DNA of 64,000 bases from Candidatus Tayloriibacteriota bacterium (GCA_016215455.1 JACRJP010000004.1:21132-85131), one strand, 5' to 3'. Counted from the stretch's first letter, positions 49,548 to 59,800 are shown. Notes: generated by a model from the sequence alone, not told the origin. A program made the numbers and translations.

Positions 49548-50279
49548 ATGTCGTTTGTTGTAAAGCACGAACAATTTGAAGGTCCTCTCGATCTACTTCT
49601 ATCTCTTATTGAAAAGAGAAAGCTTTTTATTAATGATATTTCACTTGCAAAAGTGACTGACGACTACATCAATCACATTAGTCAGTTTGAGAAGAGACCT
49701 CTCAATGAATCAGCCCACTTTATTCTTGTCGCATCAACATTACTTCTCATAAAGTCTCGTTCACTCCTTCCAACCCTTACTCTCACTGAAGATGAAGAGA
49801 AAGATATTCACGATCTCGAAACACGATTGAAGATTTATCAAACAATCAAAGAGGCGAGTGTGCACGTTAAAGCGCTGTTTGGTCAGAAGATGCTCTTCGC
49901 GCCATCACAAGCAAAAAAACGTGATCCTATCTTTTCTCCCGATGCATCAATGACCCTTACCAATATCTCTGAAGCAATGAAAACCATCATTGCCAATCTC
50001 CCTAAAACAGAAGCACAAGTTCCAAAAGCCATCATTCGTAAAGTCATTAGTCTTGAAGAGATGATGGACACACTCACTACTCGCATCACATCAAATCTCA
50101 AGATGTCATTCAAGGATTTTAGTCGTAGTCACCAAGCAGAGAAGGTAAATGTCATTGTTGCTTTTCTTGCGGTACTTGAATTAGTCAAACAGGGAATGGT
50201 CCATGTTAATCAACACGAAGAATTTGGTGATATTCACATGGAAACAAAAGAAATTGGTATTCCGCGTTATAATAACTAG
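49548..50279 (+). CDS. scpA: Segregation and condensation protein A
   Basis: FEGPLDLLL.LIEKRKL.I..ISLA.VTD.Y, LL.IKSR.LLP, FLAVLELVK.G. Confidence 0.95.
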   Translation: MSFVVKHEQFEGPLDLLLSLIEKRKLFINDISLAKVTDDYINHISQFEKRPLNESAHFILVASTLLLIKSRSLLPTLTLTEDEEKDIHDLETRLKIYQTIKEASVHVKALFGQKMLFAPSQAKKRDPIFSPDASMTLTNISEAMKTIIANLPKTEAQVPKAIIRKVISLEEMMDTLTTRITSNLKMSFKDFSRSHQAEKVNVIVAFLAVLELVKQGMVHVNQHEEFGDIHMETKEIGIPRYNN

Positions 50280-50284
50280 CACAC

Positions 50285-50857
50285 ATGACTCAACAACTTC
50301 CACTCAACACCCGTATTGAAAGCCTTCTGTTCTGGAAAGCCGAACCTATGACTCTCAAGAAAGTAGCTGAGGCTCTCGATGTATCACTTGATGAAGTAAA
50401 GGCAGCAATCGTCACACTTCGTGAACAACTCAATGGTCGCGGAATCACTCTTATTGAATTTAATGATGAGGTTACTCTTGGTACTGCTCGTAGTATGTCA
50501 GAGGATATTGAGAAATGGACCAAAGAAGAACTCTCTCGTGATCTTGGAAAAGCAGGACTTGAAACACTTGCCATTATTCTGTATCAAGGTCCAATCTCTC
50601 GTGCTGATATCGACTATATACGTGGAGTTAATTCAACATTCATTCTCCGTAATCTTCTCATTCGAGGTCTTGTAGAAAAGGTTTCAAATCCAAAAGACCA
50701 GCGTAGTTTTCTCTATCAAACAACTCTTGAATTACTGTCACATCTCGGTATATCAAAACTTGACGAGCTTCCTGATCTCGAGAAAGTAACAACAACTATC
50801 GCGGCATTCAAAGCGGGAACAGATACTACAACCCCACCTGAACCTCAACAACCCTAA
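50285..50857 (+). CDS. scpB: Segregation and condensation protein B
   Basis: IESLLF, LETLAIILY.GPISRA.IDYIRGVNS, L.ELP. Confidence 0.96.
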   Translation: MTQQLPLNTRIESLLFWKAEPMTLKKVAEALDVSLDEVKAAIVTLREQLNGRGITLIEFNDEVTLGTARSMSEDIEKWTKEELSRDLGKAGLETLAIILYQGPISRADIDYIRGVNSTFILRNLLIRGLVEKVSNPKDQRSFLYQTTLELLSHLGISKLDELPDLEKVTTTIAAFKAGTDTTTPPEPQQP

Positions 50858-50860
50858 ACT

Positions 50861-52780
50861 ATGAACCGTTCTATTTTCTATTTTTTCGGAGGATCACTTC
50901 TTCTCATTATCCTCATCACTTCTTCATCAAAACTACTTGGTGTATATTCACCAAACCAAACAAAGGTATCTGCCTCATCAAAAGTACAAAATTTTCCATA
51001 TCTTAGAGAAAATTCATTACCACCGGTTCTCTCAGCTGAAAATGCTTTTTCATTACTTGTATATAAAAATGCAGCGAAAAATCCTGAAAAGGTTCTCTTT
51101 GAAAAAAATCCTGATCAACGTGTACCTATCGCTTCAGTAACTAAACTTGCAACAGCAAGTGCTGTAATCGAATCAATAGGACCTGAAACACTTATCACTA
51201 TCTCTCCTGATGCAGTAGCACAACCTGAAGGAGCAGGGCAGCTTATACAAGGAGAAGTATATCGACGCGATGAACTTCTACATCCACTTCTTATCGAATC
51301 AAGTAACGATGCTGCATATGCTTTTTCTGAAAAATTAGGTAGTACAAAATTCGTTACTGCAATGAACGCCTTCGCCCAAAGAGCAGGTATGGCATCGACG
51401 ACGTTTGCCAATCCAAGTGGTCTTGATCGGCCAGGACCCAATCTTTCAACAGCGCGTGACGTTGCTCATCTTGCTCAATATTTTTCTCAAAAACATCCTG
51501 ATCTTCTCAAGCTCACCGCCACAAAAACATATACATTCACCACAACAGCAGGAGTAACAAAAACTCTTCGTTCAACAAACGATCTTCTTAATGATACAAG
51601 CGTTCCTTTTACCATTCTCGGTGGCAAGACAGGGGAAACAAAAGCAGCAAAACAAGCACTTGTCATCGTTACGGATTCACCAATTCCTGATACGGTACTC
51701 ATTCATGTTGTCTTGCGTTCTGATAACAGAGAAAGTGACATGCGTACACTCATGAAATGGGTTCGAAATTCATATGTATGGAACAAAGAGGAAGCTTCTC
51801 TACCGACACCAAAGGTATCGGTTGATCCTTTAACAAAATTACAATGGGTAGCAGCAACAACATCAGCTCCTTGGACAGCACGCGACGCTCACTCGATTGC
51901 AATATTCAAAAATACCATGTATCTCATCGGAGGAGTTTTTGGTAATGGACTTGTTGAGAAAAACGGTATGGTGGAATACTGGAATGCTCCGCATGGAAGT
52001 GACATTTGGACAACACCAGATGGTTTCAATTGGAACAAGACAACAGATGTTGCTCCATGGTACAACCGACGTTCCGTGGGAACTATTGTTTTCCAAAATA
52101 AGTTATGGCTCATGGGAGGTTGGAGTCAGTATGATTATAAATATGACAATCGCATCTGGTGGACAGAAGATGGTGTCAAATGGAATCTTGCAACATCAAC
52201 GTCTCCTCGTTGGGAAGGACGTGAGGGTCATACTCTCAATGAATACAACGGCAAACTCTATCTCATGGGTGGTGTTGATTTCGTAAAGAGAATTACCTAC
52301 AACGATGTATGGGAATCGAGTGATGGTATTACCTGGAAACAAGTAACTGCTAATTCCGAATGGACACCTCGTTATGATCACGCTGTTGCTGTTTTTAATA
52401 ACAAACTGTATCTCACGGGAGGACTTCACATTAATACCCACGAAACAGAAAGTGAGGTATGGACTTCAACTGATGGTGCTCATTGGATAAAAAGTACTCC
52501 GGAATGGCCTTCACGCCACGGACATATTTCTCTTGCATTCAAAGATGCTCTCTGGGTCATTGGTGGTTGGCATGAAGGGAAGGGAGCTGAAAACAAAGGA
52601 ATCAATGATACCTGGTTTACTCGCGATGGTCTTCATTGGACAAAGACACAGACTGATGGTCCATGGCTCGGTCGAGAAGATCACATGGGGGATGTATTCC
52701 AAGGTACAATGTGGGTAACAGGTGGAATGGATACTAACGAACATTGGAATAATGACGTTTATTACGCCAAATTTGAATAA
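50861..52780 (+). CDS. D-alanyl-D-alanine carboxypeptidase (S11) fused to a Kelch-like beta-propeller
   Basis: PIASVTK (SxxK), SSN (SxN), NPSGL, GGKTG. C-terminal repeats of W..R..H....F..k.w..GG...nDvW.s.DG..W. Confidence 0.88.
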   Translation: MNRSIFYFFGGSLLLIILITSSSKLLGVYSPNQTKVSASSKVQNFPYLRENSLPPVLSAENAFSLLVYKNAAKNPEKVLFEKNPDQRVPIASVTKLATASAVIESIGPETLITISPDAVAQPEGAGQLIQGEVYRRDELLHPLLIESSNDAAYAFSEKLGSTKFVTAMNAFAQRAGMASTTFANPSGLDRPGPNLSTARDVAHLAQYFSQKHPDLLKLTATKTYTFTTTAGVTKTLRSTNDLLNDTSVPFTILGGKTGETKAAKQALVIVTDSPIPDTVLIHVVLRSDNRESDMRTLMKWVRNSYVWNKEEASLPTPKVSVDPLTKLQWVAATTSAPWTARDAHSIAIFKNTMYLIGGVFGNGLVEKNGMVEYWNAPHGSDIWTTPDGFNWNKTTDVAPWYNRRSVGTIVFQNKLWLMGGWSQYDYKYDNRIWWTEDGVKWNLATSTSPRWEGREGHTLNEYNGKLYLMGGVDFVKRITYNDVWESSDGITWKQVTANSEWTPRYDHAVAVFNNKLYLTGGLHINTHETESEVWTSTDGAHWIKSTPEWPSRHGHISLAFKDALWVIGGWHEGKGAENKGINDTWFTRDGLHWTKTQTDGPWLGREDHMGDVFQGTMWVTGGMDTNEHWNNDVYYAKFE

Positions 52781-52782
52781 AA

Positions 52783-53901
52783 ATGAGCTTAAAATCACAA
52801 CCACGAGCAAAGGGAACCTATATCGATACACCGCTTCTAGCGAGCATTTTAGGCCTTGTTATTGCTGGTTTCTTGGTATTCGTATCAGCATCACTCGGCC
52901 TTCTTGCTCGTGACACTGCTCAGTTTGGCTCAGTTGCCATGAATCAAACTATTAGTCTTATTTTAGGACTTACTTTATTCTGGATCATGAGTCGTGTGAA
53001 TTATCGTTATGTACGAAAGTACGCTTTCTATATTCTTGTTGGGGCACTTCTTTCAAACCTACTTCTCTTTATTCCAGCACTTTCACTACATCACGGAGGA
53101 GCAACACGCTGGCTCGATTTTGGTTTCGTAACCTTCCAACCATCAGAACTTTTGAAAATTGGTTTTATCATTTACGTCGCTGCATGGTTGTCCATGATTA
53201 AAGAAAAAGTTACCACACTTGGATCGGGTATAATTCCTTTCTGTATTCTTCTTGGAATCCTGAGTGTACTTCTCCTCATCCAATCAGATACCAACACACT
53301 TGCAGTGGTGGCATTTACCGGTATCTGTATGCTCTATGCTGCTGGAGCGAAACTTCGCCATATTGCTATTATTATTTTTATAGGGATTGCAGGAATCGCA
53401 ATGGTCGCTATGCTTCGACCTTACGCCCAGCAACGTATCATGACCTTCTTAAATCCTGCGAATGATCCACAAGGAGCGGGTTATCAAATCCAACAATCTC
53501 TCATTGCTATTGGTTCAGGTGGGATGTGGGGACGAGGATTCGGTCAAAGTGTCCAGAAGTTTGAATATCTTCCTGAACCAATTGGAGATTCCATTTTTGC
53601 AGTACAAGCAGAGGAGTTCGGATTCATTGGAAGTACGGTCCTTGTTCTCCTATTTGTATTCTTTGCTGTCCGATCTTTGAAAATTGCTTCCAATACCGAA
53701 GACTCCTTTGGTGGACTCTTTGTGATTGGACTTGTTATACTTATCATCACCGGATCATTCATCAATATCGGTGCGATGCTCGGACTTGTTCCACTGACCG
53801 GAAAACCACTGTTGTTTGTAAGTCATGGAGGAAGTGCCTTAATGATTATCCTCGCAAGTGTCGGTATCATCGCAAATATTTCAAAACACCAAAAATCATG
53901 A
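52783..53901 (+). CDS. ftsW: SEDS peptidoglycan glycosyltransferase FtsW
   Basis: GATRW, FQPSELLK, GYQIQQSLIAIGSGG..G.G.G.S.QK..YLPE...DSIF, P.TG.PL..VS.GGS. Upstream of murG. Confidence 0.92.
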   Translation: MSLKSQPRAKGTYIDTPLLASILGLVIAGFLVFVSASLGLLARDTAQFGSVAMNQTISLILGLTLFWIMSRVNYRYVRKYAFYILVGALLSNLLLFIPALSLHHGGATRWLDFGFVTFQPSELLKIGFIIYVAAWLSMIKEKVTTLGSGIIPFCILLGILSVLLLIQSDTNTLAVVAFTGICMLYAAGAKLRHIAIIIFIGIAGIAMVAMLRPYAQQRIMTFLNPANDPQGAGYQIQQSLIAIGSGGMWGRGFGQSVQKFEYLPEPIGDSIFAVQAEEFGFIGSTVLVLLFVFFAVRSLKIASNTEDSFGGLFVIGLVILIITGSFINIGAMLGLVPLTGKPLLFVSHGGSALMIILASVGIIANISKHQKS

Positions 53902-55025
53902 AAATACTTTTTACAGGAGGCGGTACCGGAGGACACTTCTATCCCATCATAGCGATCACTGAAGCTCTACGAGAACGAGCAAAGAATCAAAAGATTCTTA
54001 TGCCAGAACTCTATTACATGGCGCCGACGGAGTACAATCCACGGGCTCTGTTTGATAATGAACTTATTTTCGTCCCTGTTACAGCAGGGAAGATACGTCG
54101 TTATTTTTCTCTGCTCAATTTCTTCGATCTTTTCAAAACAGCCTGGGGAGTATGTTCTGCTCTATCAAGTCTCTATAAAATATATCCTGATGTTGTTTTT
54201 GGAAAAGGTGGCTATGCAAGTTTTCCAACACTTTTTGCAGCACGGCTTCTCCGTATTCCGGTTGTCATCCATGAATCAGACAGTGTTCCTGGACGAGTTA
54301 ATACATGGGCAGGAAAATTTGCTCGAAAAATCGCTATCTCATATCCGGAAGCTGCTCAATACTTCAAGAACAAAGATAGAGTTGCTTTCACGGGTAATCC
54401 AATACGTAAAGAAATAATCGCACCTCTTTCAAATGGTGCTCATGAATTCCTTGGACTCGAACAAGGTATTCCAACAATCCTTGTCCTTGGAGGTTCTCAA
54501 GGATCTCAGGTTATCAATGATGCAATCGTTGAAAGTCTCCCCAAACTTCTCGAAAACTATCAAGTCATTCACCAGACAGGAAAAAATAACTACAAAGCAG
54601 TTGAACAATTGGTGAAACTTATTCTCGATAAGGATCCAAACATTGGTCGTTACAAATCATTTGATTACCTCAACGACCTTGCTCTTCGTATGTCAGCTGG
54701 TATTGCTGATGTTGTAATATCACGTGCTGGTTCAACAATATTTGAAATAGCAGCATGGGGAGTTCCTTCAATCATCATTCCTCTATCAGAGAAAATCAGT
54801 CACGATCAGACAAAAAATGCTTTTGCATATGCTCGTTCTGGAGCGTGTATGGTTATCGAAGAACAGAATATTAGTGATACTGTCCTTACGTATGAAATAG
54901 ATACTCTCATCAAAAATACAGAACTCCGCACAAAGATGAAAGATGCTGCTCATAAATTTTCTCGACTCGATAGTGCTGATATCATTGCTCAAGCACTTCT
55001 CGAAATTGCACTCGAACACGAATAG
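53898..55025 (+). CDS. murG: MurG glycosyltransferase
   Basis: GGGTGGH.YP, GKGGYAS.P, IHESD..PG, TGNPIR, GGSQG, ISRAG, Q.KNA. Confidence 0.97.
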   Translation: MKILFTGGGTGGHFYPIIAITEALRERAKNQKILMPELYYMAPTEYNPRALFDNELIFVPVTAGKIRRYFSLLNFFDLFKTAWGVCSALSSLYKIYPDVVFGKGGYASFPTLFAARLLRIPVVIHESDSVPGRVNTWAGKFARKIAISYPEAAQYFKNKDRVAFTGNPIRKEIIAPLSNGAHEFLGLEQGIPTILVLGGSQGSQVINDAIVESLPKLLENYQVIHQTGKNNYKAVEQLVKLILDKDPNIGRYKSFDYLNDLALRMSAGIADVVISRAGSTIFEIAAWGVPSIIIPLSEKISHDQTKNAFAYARSGACMVIEEQNISDTVLTYEIDTLIKNTELRTKMKDAAHKFSRLDSADIIAQALLEIALEHE

Positions 55026-55063
55026 AAGAATAAAAAGGCACACAAGTCAGACGATGGGTCTCT

Positions 55064-55276
55064 TTAACGGTCCCGATCATCACGTGACGGATACCGTCGC
55101 CGTGGACGCTGACAGATCCAGAGAAAACCAATGACCAAGAGCCCTACGACATCGAGGATTCTCACCACATTGGTGGTCTCTGCAAGATCTTGAGGAGTAA
55201 AAACCCCAGCAACTTTGTCAGCAAAAAGAAAGACCAGCACTAACACCGTCCACGCTATCCGAAAAAAAATACGCAT
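55064..55276 (-). CDS. Small two-TM hypothetical protein (orphan)
   Basis: 70 aa. - strand promoter TTGACT...CATAAT at about 55314-55343. Confidence 0.5.
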   Translation of the reverse strand: MRIFFRIAWTVLVLVFLFADKVAGVFTPQDLAETTNVVRILDVVGLLVIGFLWICQRPRRRYPSRDDRDR

Positions 55277-55410
55277 ACCTGTAAAAAAGGGAGGGATAAT
55301 GAATCTGTCGTATATTATGACATATAAAATATAGATAAGTCAACAATGACACCTCGACGACGTAGCGTGCTATAATAGAGACCTTACCAGCTAATTTAAA
55401 TATTTTAAAT

Positions 55411-55911
55411 ATGCAACCAAATAATTCGGGCATCAAACCATGGCAATGGACAGTGACAATCATTGTCATCATTGCCCTCATTGTATTGGGTGTATTTGTG
55501 GCTACACGAAATGACGATACGGAAACGACTAACGACCAGCAACCAGCTCAACCACAAATCGCTCAGGAAAGTAATCGTCTTGTTGTTACCGATCAATTTC
55601 CAGGAAATATCGTGTACATAACAACTGTGCAGCTTGCTCAAGATGGCTTTGTTGTCATCCACAAAGATAACGCTGGTGCACCCGGTGCTGTAATCGGTAG
55701 TGTCTATTTCCCAAAGGGAATAGGTCCTACTAAAGTTACCCTTACAGAAAAAACGGTTGATGGTGGTACTTACTATGCAATGCTCCACAGTGATAGTAAT
55801 GCGGATAAACAATTCTCTGAAACAACAGACGCAACTCTCAAAGATACAAAGGGAATGGTTATCATGAAGTCTTTCAAGGCTCGTCTTGATCTTCCCGAAG
55901 ACAAAGGTTAG
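55411..55911 (+). CDS. Membrane-anchored extracellular beta-sandwich protein
   Basis: One TM, then V.DQ.PG..V.I..V.L..DGFVVIH......PG.VIG...YYAMLH.D. Confidence 0.75.
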   Translation: MQPNNSGIKPWQWTVTIIVIIALIVLGVFVATRNDDTETTNDQQPAQPQIAQESNRLVVTDQFPGNIVYITTVQLAQDGFVVIHKDNAGAPGAVIGSVYFPKGIGPTKVTLTEKTVDGGTYYAMLHSDSNADKQFSETTDATLKDTKGMVIMKSFKARLDLPEDKG

Positions 55912-55942
55912 AGCGTAGAGCAAAAAGGGAAGTGACTCCCCC

Positions 55943-55969
55943 AACTCACCCATAAAAAGGGTGAGTTTT
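55943..55969 (+). terminator. Terminator hairpin
   Basis: AACTCACCC-ATAAAAA-GGGTGAGTTTT, preceded by a GGGGA/TCCCC hairpin. Confidence 0.65.
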
Positions 55970-56007
55970 GCATGGTATACTTGAGAGCGTTTCTACTGAT
56001 ATATTTC

Positions 56008-57312
56008 ATGAAAATATCCACTCCAACATTACAAATTATCATCACTTGTATTCTTCTTGCAGGTATCGCTCTGAGTCAATCGTTACTTCCACACACAGAA
56101 ATAGCTCGAGCTCAATCGGTTGATGAATTGAAACAAAAGATCGATACGAGTGCAGCGAATATCAAGAAACTTGAGGAGGAAATCGCTCATTATCAAACAC
56201 AACTTACCGAAACAAGTAAGCAAGCAAACACCCTCCAAAATACCATCAAAACTCTCGATATCTCAAAAAAGAAACTTCAGACTGACATTACTCTCACACA
56301 AGGGAAAATAAGTCTTACGAGTAGTCAGATACAGCAACTCAATAAGGATATTATTGCAAAAGAAAATCAGATTGGTAAAAACTTCGACTCTGTAGGGGTG
56401 AGCCTTCGTAGTATTTACAAAGATAGTTCTGAGAGTGTCGTGGAATCGTTATTAGGTGCTGATACTCTTGCAGGATTTACAAGTAACATCGAAACTCTTT
56501 CTCGACTTCAGGTTGAGGTTCGTAATCATATTGATGAACTTACTGAATACAAAAAAGATCTTGAGCGCTCAAAGAAATCTCTTGAGGGCAAGAAACAAGA
56601 TCTAGTACTCTATACTAATGATTTAAGTGATCAGAAACGTCTCGTTGAAAACACAACACAAGAAAAAGCTTCTATTCTGACTCAGACAAAAAACCAAGAG
56701 TCTGCATATAAAACAATTCTAAAAAATAAACAGTTACAAAAAGAACAGTTTGAAAAAGAAATGTTCGCATACGAATCTGCACTTAAGATTGCTGTTGACC
56801 CTAATAGTATTCCTTCAGCTGGTACTGGAGTGCTTTCATGGCCTCTAGCTAAGGTTATCATTACCCAGTATTTCGGTAATACTTCTTTTGCAACAAAAAA
56901 TCCTCAAATCTACAACGGTAAAGGCCACACTGGTGTCGACTTTGGAGCTCCAACTGGTACGAAAGTAAATGCTGCTCTCACAGGTATTGTCACCGGTACT
57001 GGTAACACTGACGAAATCCGTGGGTGCTATTCATATGGTAAATGGGTCTTCATTAAACATCCAAACGGTCTATCAACCCTATACGCACACCTTTCACTCA
57101 TCAGTGTCAAAGTCGGTGATGTTGTCGCCACAGGTCAATTGATTGGATACAGTGGTAATACCGGCTACTCTACAGGTCCACACCTTCATTTCGGTGTATA
57201 TGCAACCCAAGGTGTGCGCATTACTCGATTTGAGAATAGTGTGAATTGTAAAGGTGCACTCATTCCACTTGCTGATCCAACCGCATACCTTAATCCACTG
57301 TCATTCCTTTAA
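56008..57312 (+). CDS. Coiled-coil M23 peptidase (EnvC/murein hydrolase activator-like)
   Basis: Signal/TM, long coiled coil, HTGVD, TLYAHL, GNTGYSTGPHLHF. Confidence 0.9.
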   Translation: MKISTPTLQIIITCILLAGIALSQSLLPHTEIARAQSVDELKQKIDTSAANIKKLEEEIAHYQTQLTETSKQANTLQNTIKTLDISKKKLQTDITLTQGKISLTSSQIQQLNKDIIAKENQIGKNFDSVGVSLRSIYKDSSESVVESLLGADTLAGFTSNIETLSRLQVEVRNHIDELTEYKKDLERSKKSLEGKKQDLVLYTNDLSDQKRLVENTTQEKASILTQTKNQESAYKTILKNKQLQKEQFEKEMFAYESALKIAVDPNSIPSAGTGVLSWPLAKVIITQYFGNTSFATKNPQIYNGKGHTGVDFGAPTGTKVNAALTGIVTGTGNTDEIRGCYSYGKWVFIKHPNGLSTLYAHLSLISVKVGDVVATGQLIGYSGNTGYSTGPHLHFGVYATQGVRITRFENSVNCKGALIPLADPTAYLNPLSFL

Positions 57313-57342
57313 TTAGACTTCAAGGCGGGCTATAATAGTCAT

Positions 57343-57666
57343 ATGAAAAATTTAGTTCGCGGAAGTATTCTTCGCACCGTCCTTATCGTCGTAGGTATCA
57401 TCCTCGTCATTAGTTATTTTGGTTTTGATCTAAAAGGAATCGTAGAATCTCCTCAGAGTCAGAAAAACTTCTCGTATGTGACCACTCATGTCGTAGAATT
57501 CTGGAATAAATATCTCGAACGACCAGCAAAGTACGTATGGAATGATGTCTTCATAAAACTAATCTGGAATACCGCAATAGAAAACTTAGAAAATATTCGT
57601 GATAAGAAACCAACAACGATCGAAAACCAGGGTCCAGCACTACCAGTAGCACCAAAAGTAAACTAG
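57343..57666 (+). CDS. Small membrane protein
   Basis: TM segment IVVGIILVISYFGFDL. ATG 6 nt after TATAAT. Confidence 0.75.
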   Translation: MKNLVRGSILRTVLIVVGIILVISYFGFDLKGIVESPQSQKNFSYVTTHVVEFWNKYLERPAKYVWNDVFIKLIWNTAIENLENIRDKKPTTIENQGPALPVAPKVN

Positions 57667-57718
57667 TATCGTAAATAAAAAATCATCAAACCATGCCACT
57701 ATGCGTGGTTTTTTGATA

Positions 57719-58333
57719 TCAAAACAAAGGTTCAACCATTCGACTTCTTCTCTTGGGTTTTTTCGGCTCCTTCGGAAGGTCTTTCTTGAGGATACCGAAC
57801 CTCTCGATGGTTCTCATGAAGAACGAGTCTTCACCTGGCGCAAACGGCTTGTTAATGCGAACCTTATCGGAAGTCTCGAGGATTGATTCTGCTTCAGGCC
57901 GCAGCGGAGCAATACCGAGCATACAGGCGCCCCAATACTGAAAATGAGGACAACGAATCTGGAATGTGGTGCAACCCTTGTCTCCACACCAATACACAGT
58001 AGGTCGTGCAACAACAGAGTGCACAAGAATTCCTTGAGCATCATGAGGTGTAACGAATTCCTGAAACGCCATCACCACGAGTTGTGGTGAACCGTCTTCC
58101 CATGTTCCAAGATACCGAGTGATGTCTGGAAATATCAGAGGTGCCAAATGATAGTGGATCGAAAGCTCGATATCTTTCGCCCCGTTATGCTCCTCAAAAT
58201 ACTTCGGGCGAAGCTTTTTGGGTAATTGATCAAATCTCCAATTGGGATATATAGCCTGCTTCTGTGTCAGCCACTCAGGGTAAGTGAAGAATGGAAATCT
58301 ACACACCAACGGAGGATATTTTGTGGACGGCAT
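57719..58333 (-). CDS. Hypothetical protein (orphan)
   Basis: 204 aa. - strand promoter TTGACA-17-TAGTCT at about 58390-58418. Confidence 0.6.
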   Translation of the reverse strand: MPSTKYPPLVCRFPFFTYPEWLTQKQAIYPNWRFDQLPKKLRPKYFEEHNGAKDIELSIHYHLAPLIFPDITRYLGTWEDGSPQLVVMAFQEFVTPHDAQGILVHSVVARPTVYWCGDKGCTTFQIRCPHFQYWGACMLGIAPLRPEAESILETSDKVRINKPFAPGEDSFFMRTIERFGILKKDLPKEPKKPKRRSRMVEPLF

Positions 58334-58695
58334 AATCTTTTGTCGAAATGTGAAGGGAAGGGGAAGTACCCTTCCGGTGGTCTAAATTTAGACTATCGAT
58401 GAATCAGTTGAATGTCAACAAATATACCAAGAGTAAATTTTGAGAGGTAAGTAGAATGATTACTTACATTAGTTTTAATTAAAATAAAAATTGTTTCAGA
58501 AATAAATAACAGGAATGAATACAGTTATTAAATAATACCAATCAAGACATTACCGGCCTTTCTTATATATAGAACATGTCGTAAAAGATATATTGTACGA
58601 CATTACTATATAAGGAAGCTGGCTGGTTAATTCAGCTCCTAATACTGCCCCTTTCTGTTTCGTTCAGACTATTTTTTGCTTTTGTATAGAATACA

Positions 58696-58741
58696 TACAT
58701 AACAAAAACCACGACCTTGCGATCGTGGTTTTTGTTATGTA
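58696..58741 (-). terminator. Bidirectional terminator downstream of the SLT gene
   Basis: TACATAACAAAAACCACGA-CCTTGCGA-TCGTGGTTTTTGTTATGTA long perfect stem. Confidence 0.8.
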
Positions 58742-58754
58742 TTAGAGTTATAAA

Positions 58755-59246
58755 TTACTTGTTCGCAATCGCTAAAGGATGCTGTGAAAGTGCTGCCACT
58801 TTCTTACCCCAACATGGCTTTGAAGCGTTCCATGGGGTTGAACCCTGCTTACCATAGAGGTACTTAGCATACGCCAAGTTACCTTCTACTGTACGAATAT
58901 CGAAACCGAGTTTAGTAGCTTGATCATCATGGTAACGTTCGTTGATTTGCATCACACCAACGTCAGTAGGATCAACCATACCTCGAACGACACGCCCCTT
59001 CTTATCGTAGTGCATAAATGTGGATTCACACTTAGCAATCTCAACAAGAGCAGGAGTATCTGCGAAATAAACTCGGAGATAAGCTTCAAGCGTCATAGCT
59101 TGAGTAGTAGTGGCTGCTGCGACAATTGGAGTTGTGACAGTAGCGAGTGTTTTAATTTGAATGTCCTTAGCAATATCAGCATCTGTTGTAGTTGCTCCGA
59201 CAATTGATGACGTGAGCAACGCAATACCGGTCATAAGTTCAATCAT
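58755..59246 (-). CDS. Secreted lytic transglycosylase (SLT/lysozyme-like)
   Basis: Signal-like N-terminus, IAKCES, DVGVMQIN, N..YA..LY...G..PW..S..CW. TTGACA promoter on the - strand at about 59326-59331. Confidence 0.82.
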   Translation of the reverse strand: MIELMTGIALLTSSIVGATTTDADIAKDIQIKTLATVTTPIVAAATTTQAMTLEAYLRVYFADTPALVEIAKCESTFMHYDKKGRVVRGMVDPTDVGVMQINERYHDDQATKLGFDIRTVEGNLAYAKYLYGKQGSTPWNASKPCWGKKVAALSQHPLAIANK

Positions 59247-59455
59247 AAATTTAAAATCAGGTATTCGTAACTTAACGTTACTTGTACCTGATTACGTAGA
59301 TAATATTAGCACTTTTAGAAAGCATTGTCAAGTATTTTTACTGATAAAATATGTAATATATGGCTCTATATAGCTGTATTATTTAAGTTATGATTAGGCC
59401 ATATTTTAGAGCTTTTAGCAAAAGGGTGGCTTTTTAGCATCTAACTCCCCTATCC

Positions 59456-59800
59456 CTACCCTCCGACCAGACCCCGACATCCCTTGGCGGGTCGAAAACC
59501 GGCTGTAATAGCTTCTTTTTCGCTCAAAAATATCCTTCTATTACTTCGTTGTATACGAAAAGCATTGCCGCACCACGGAAGATAGTAGGTTGTACCCTTC
59601 TTTGAGGCTACATACCCTCCAGCAAGTAGATTCTCTTCCCTGTTGGACCATTCCGTGAGGAATATGGGTGGTTTCTGGCTCAATATATGAACAACATACC
59701 CCACCAAGATCCCTGCACTACAGATCAAGAGACCAGAAACTATAGTAAGTATCCGAATACTCTTTCCCCAACCCCGTAGTCGACCTATCCATATGTGCAT
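59456..59800 (-). CDS. Membrane protein with Ada-like metal-binding domain
   Basis: TM, then YVASKKGT.YYLPWC....RI...NR..F.S..EA..AGFRPAK.C. Confidence 0.7.
   Translation of the reverse strand: MHIWIGRLRGWGKSIRILTIVSGLLICSAGILVGYVVHILSQKPPIFLTEWSNREENLLAGGYVASKKGTTYYLPWCGNAFRIQRSNRRIFLSEKEAITAGFRPAKGCRGLVGG

Noticed and set aside
58400-59450. oriC or dif site in the AT-rich intergenic stretches
   Set aside because: No TTATCCACA DnaA-box cluster or convincing XerC/D site seen, and gene orientation does not switch consistently.
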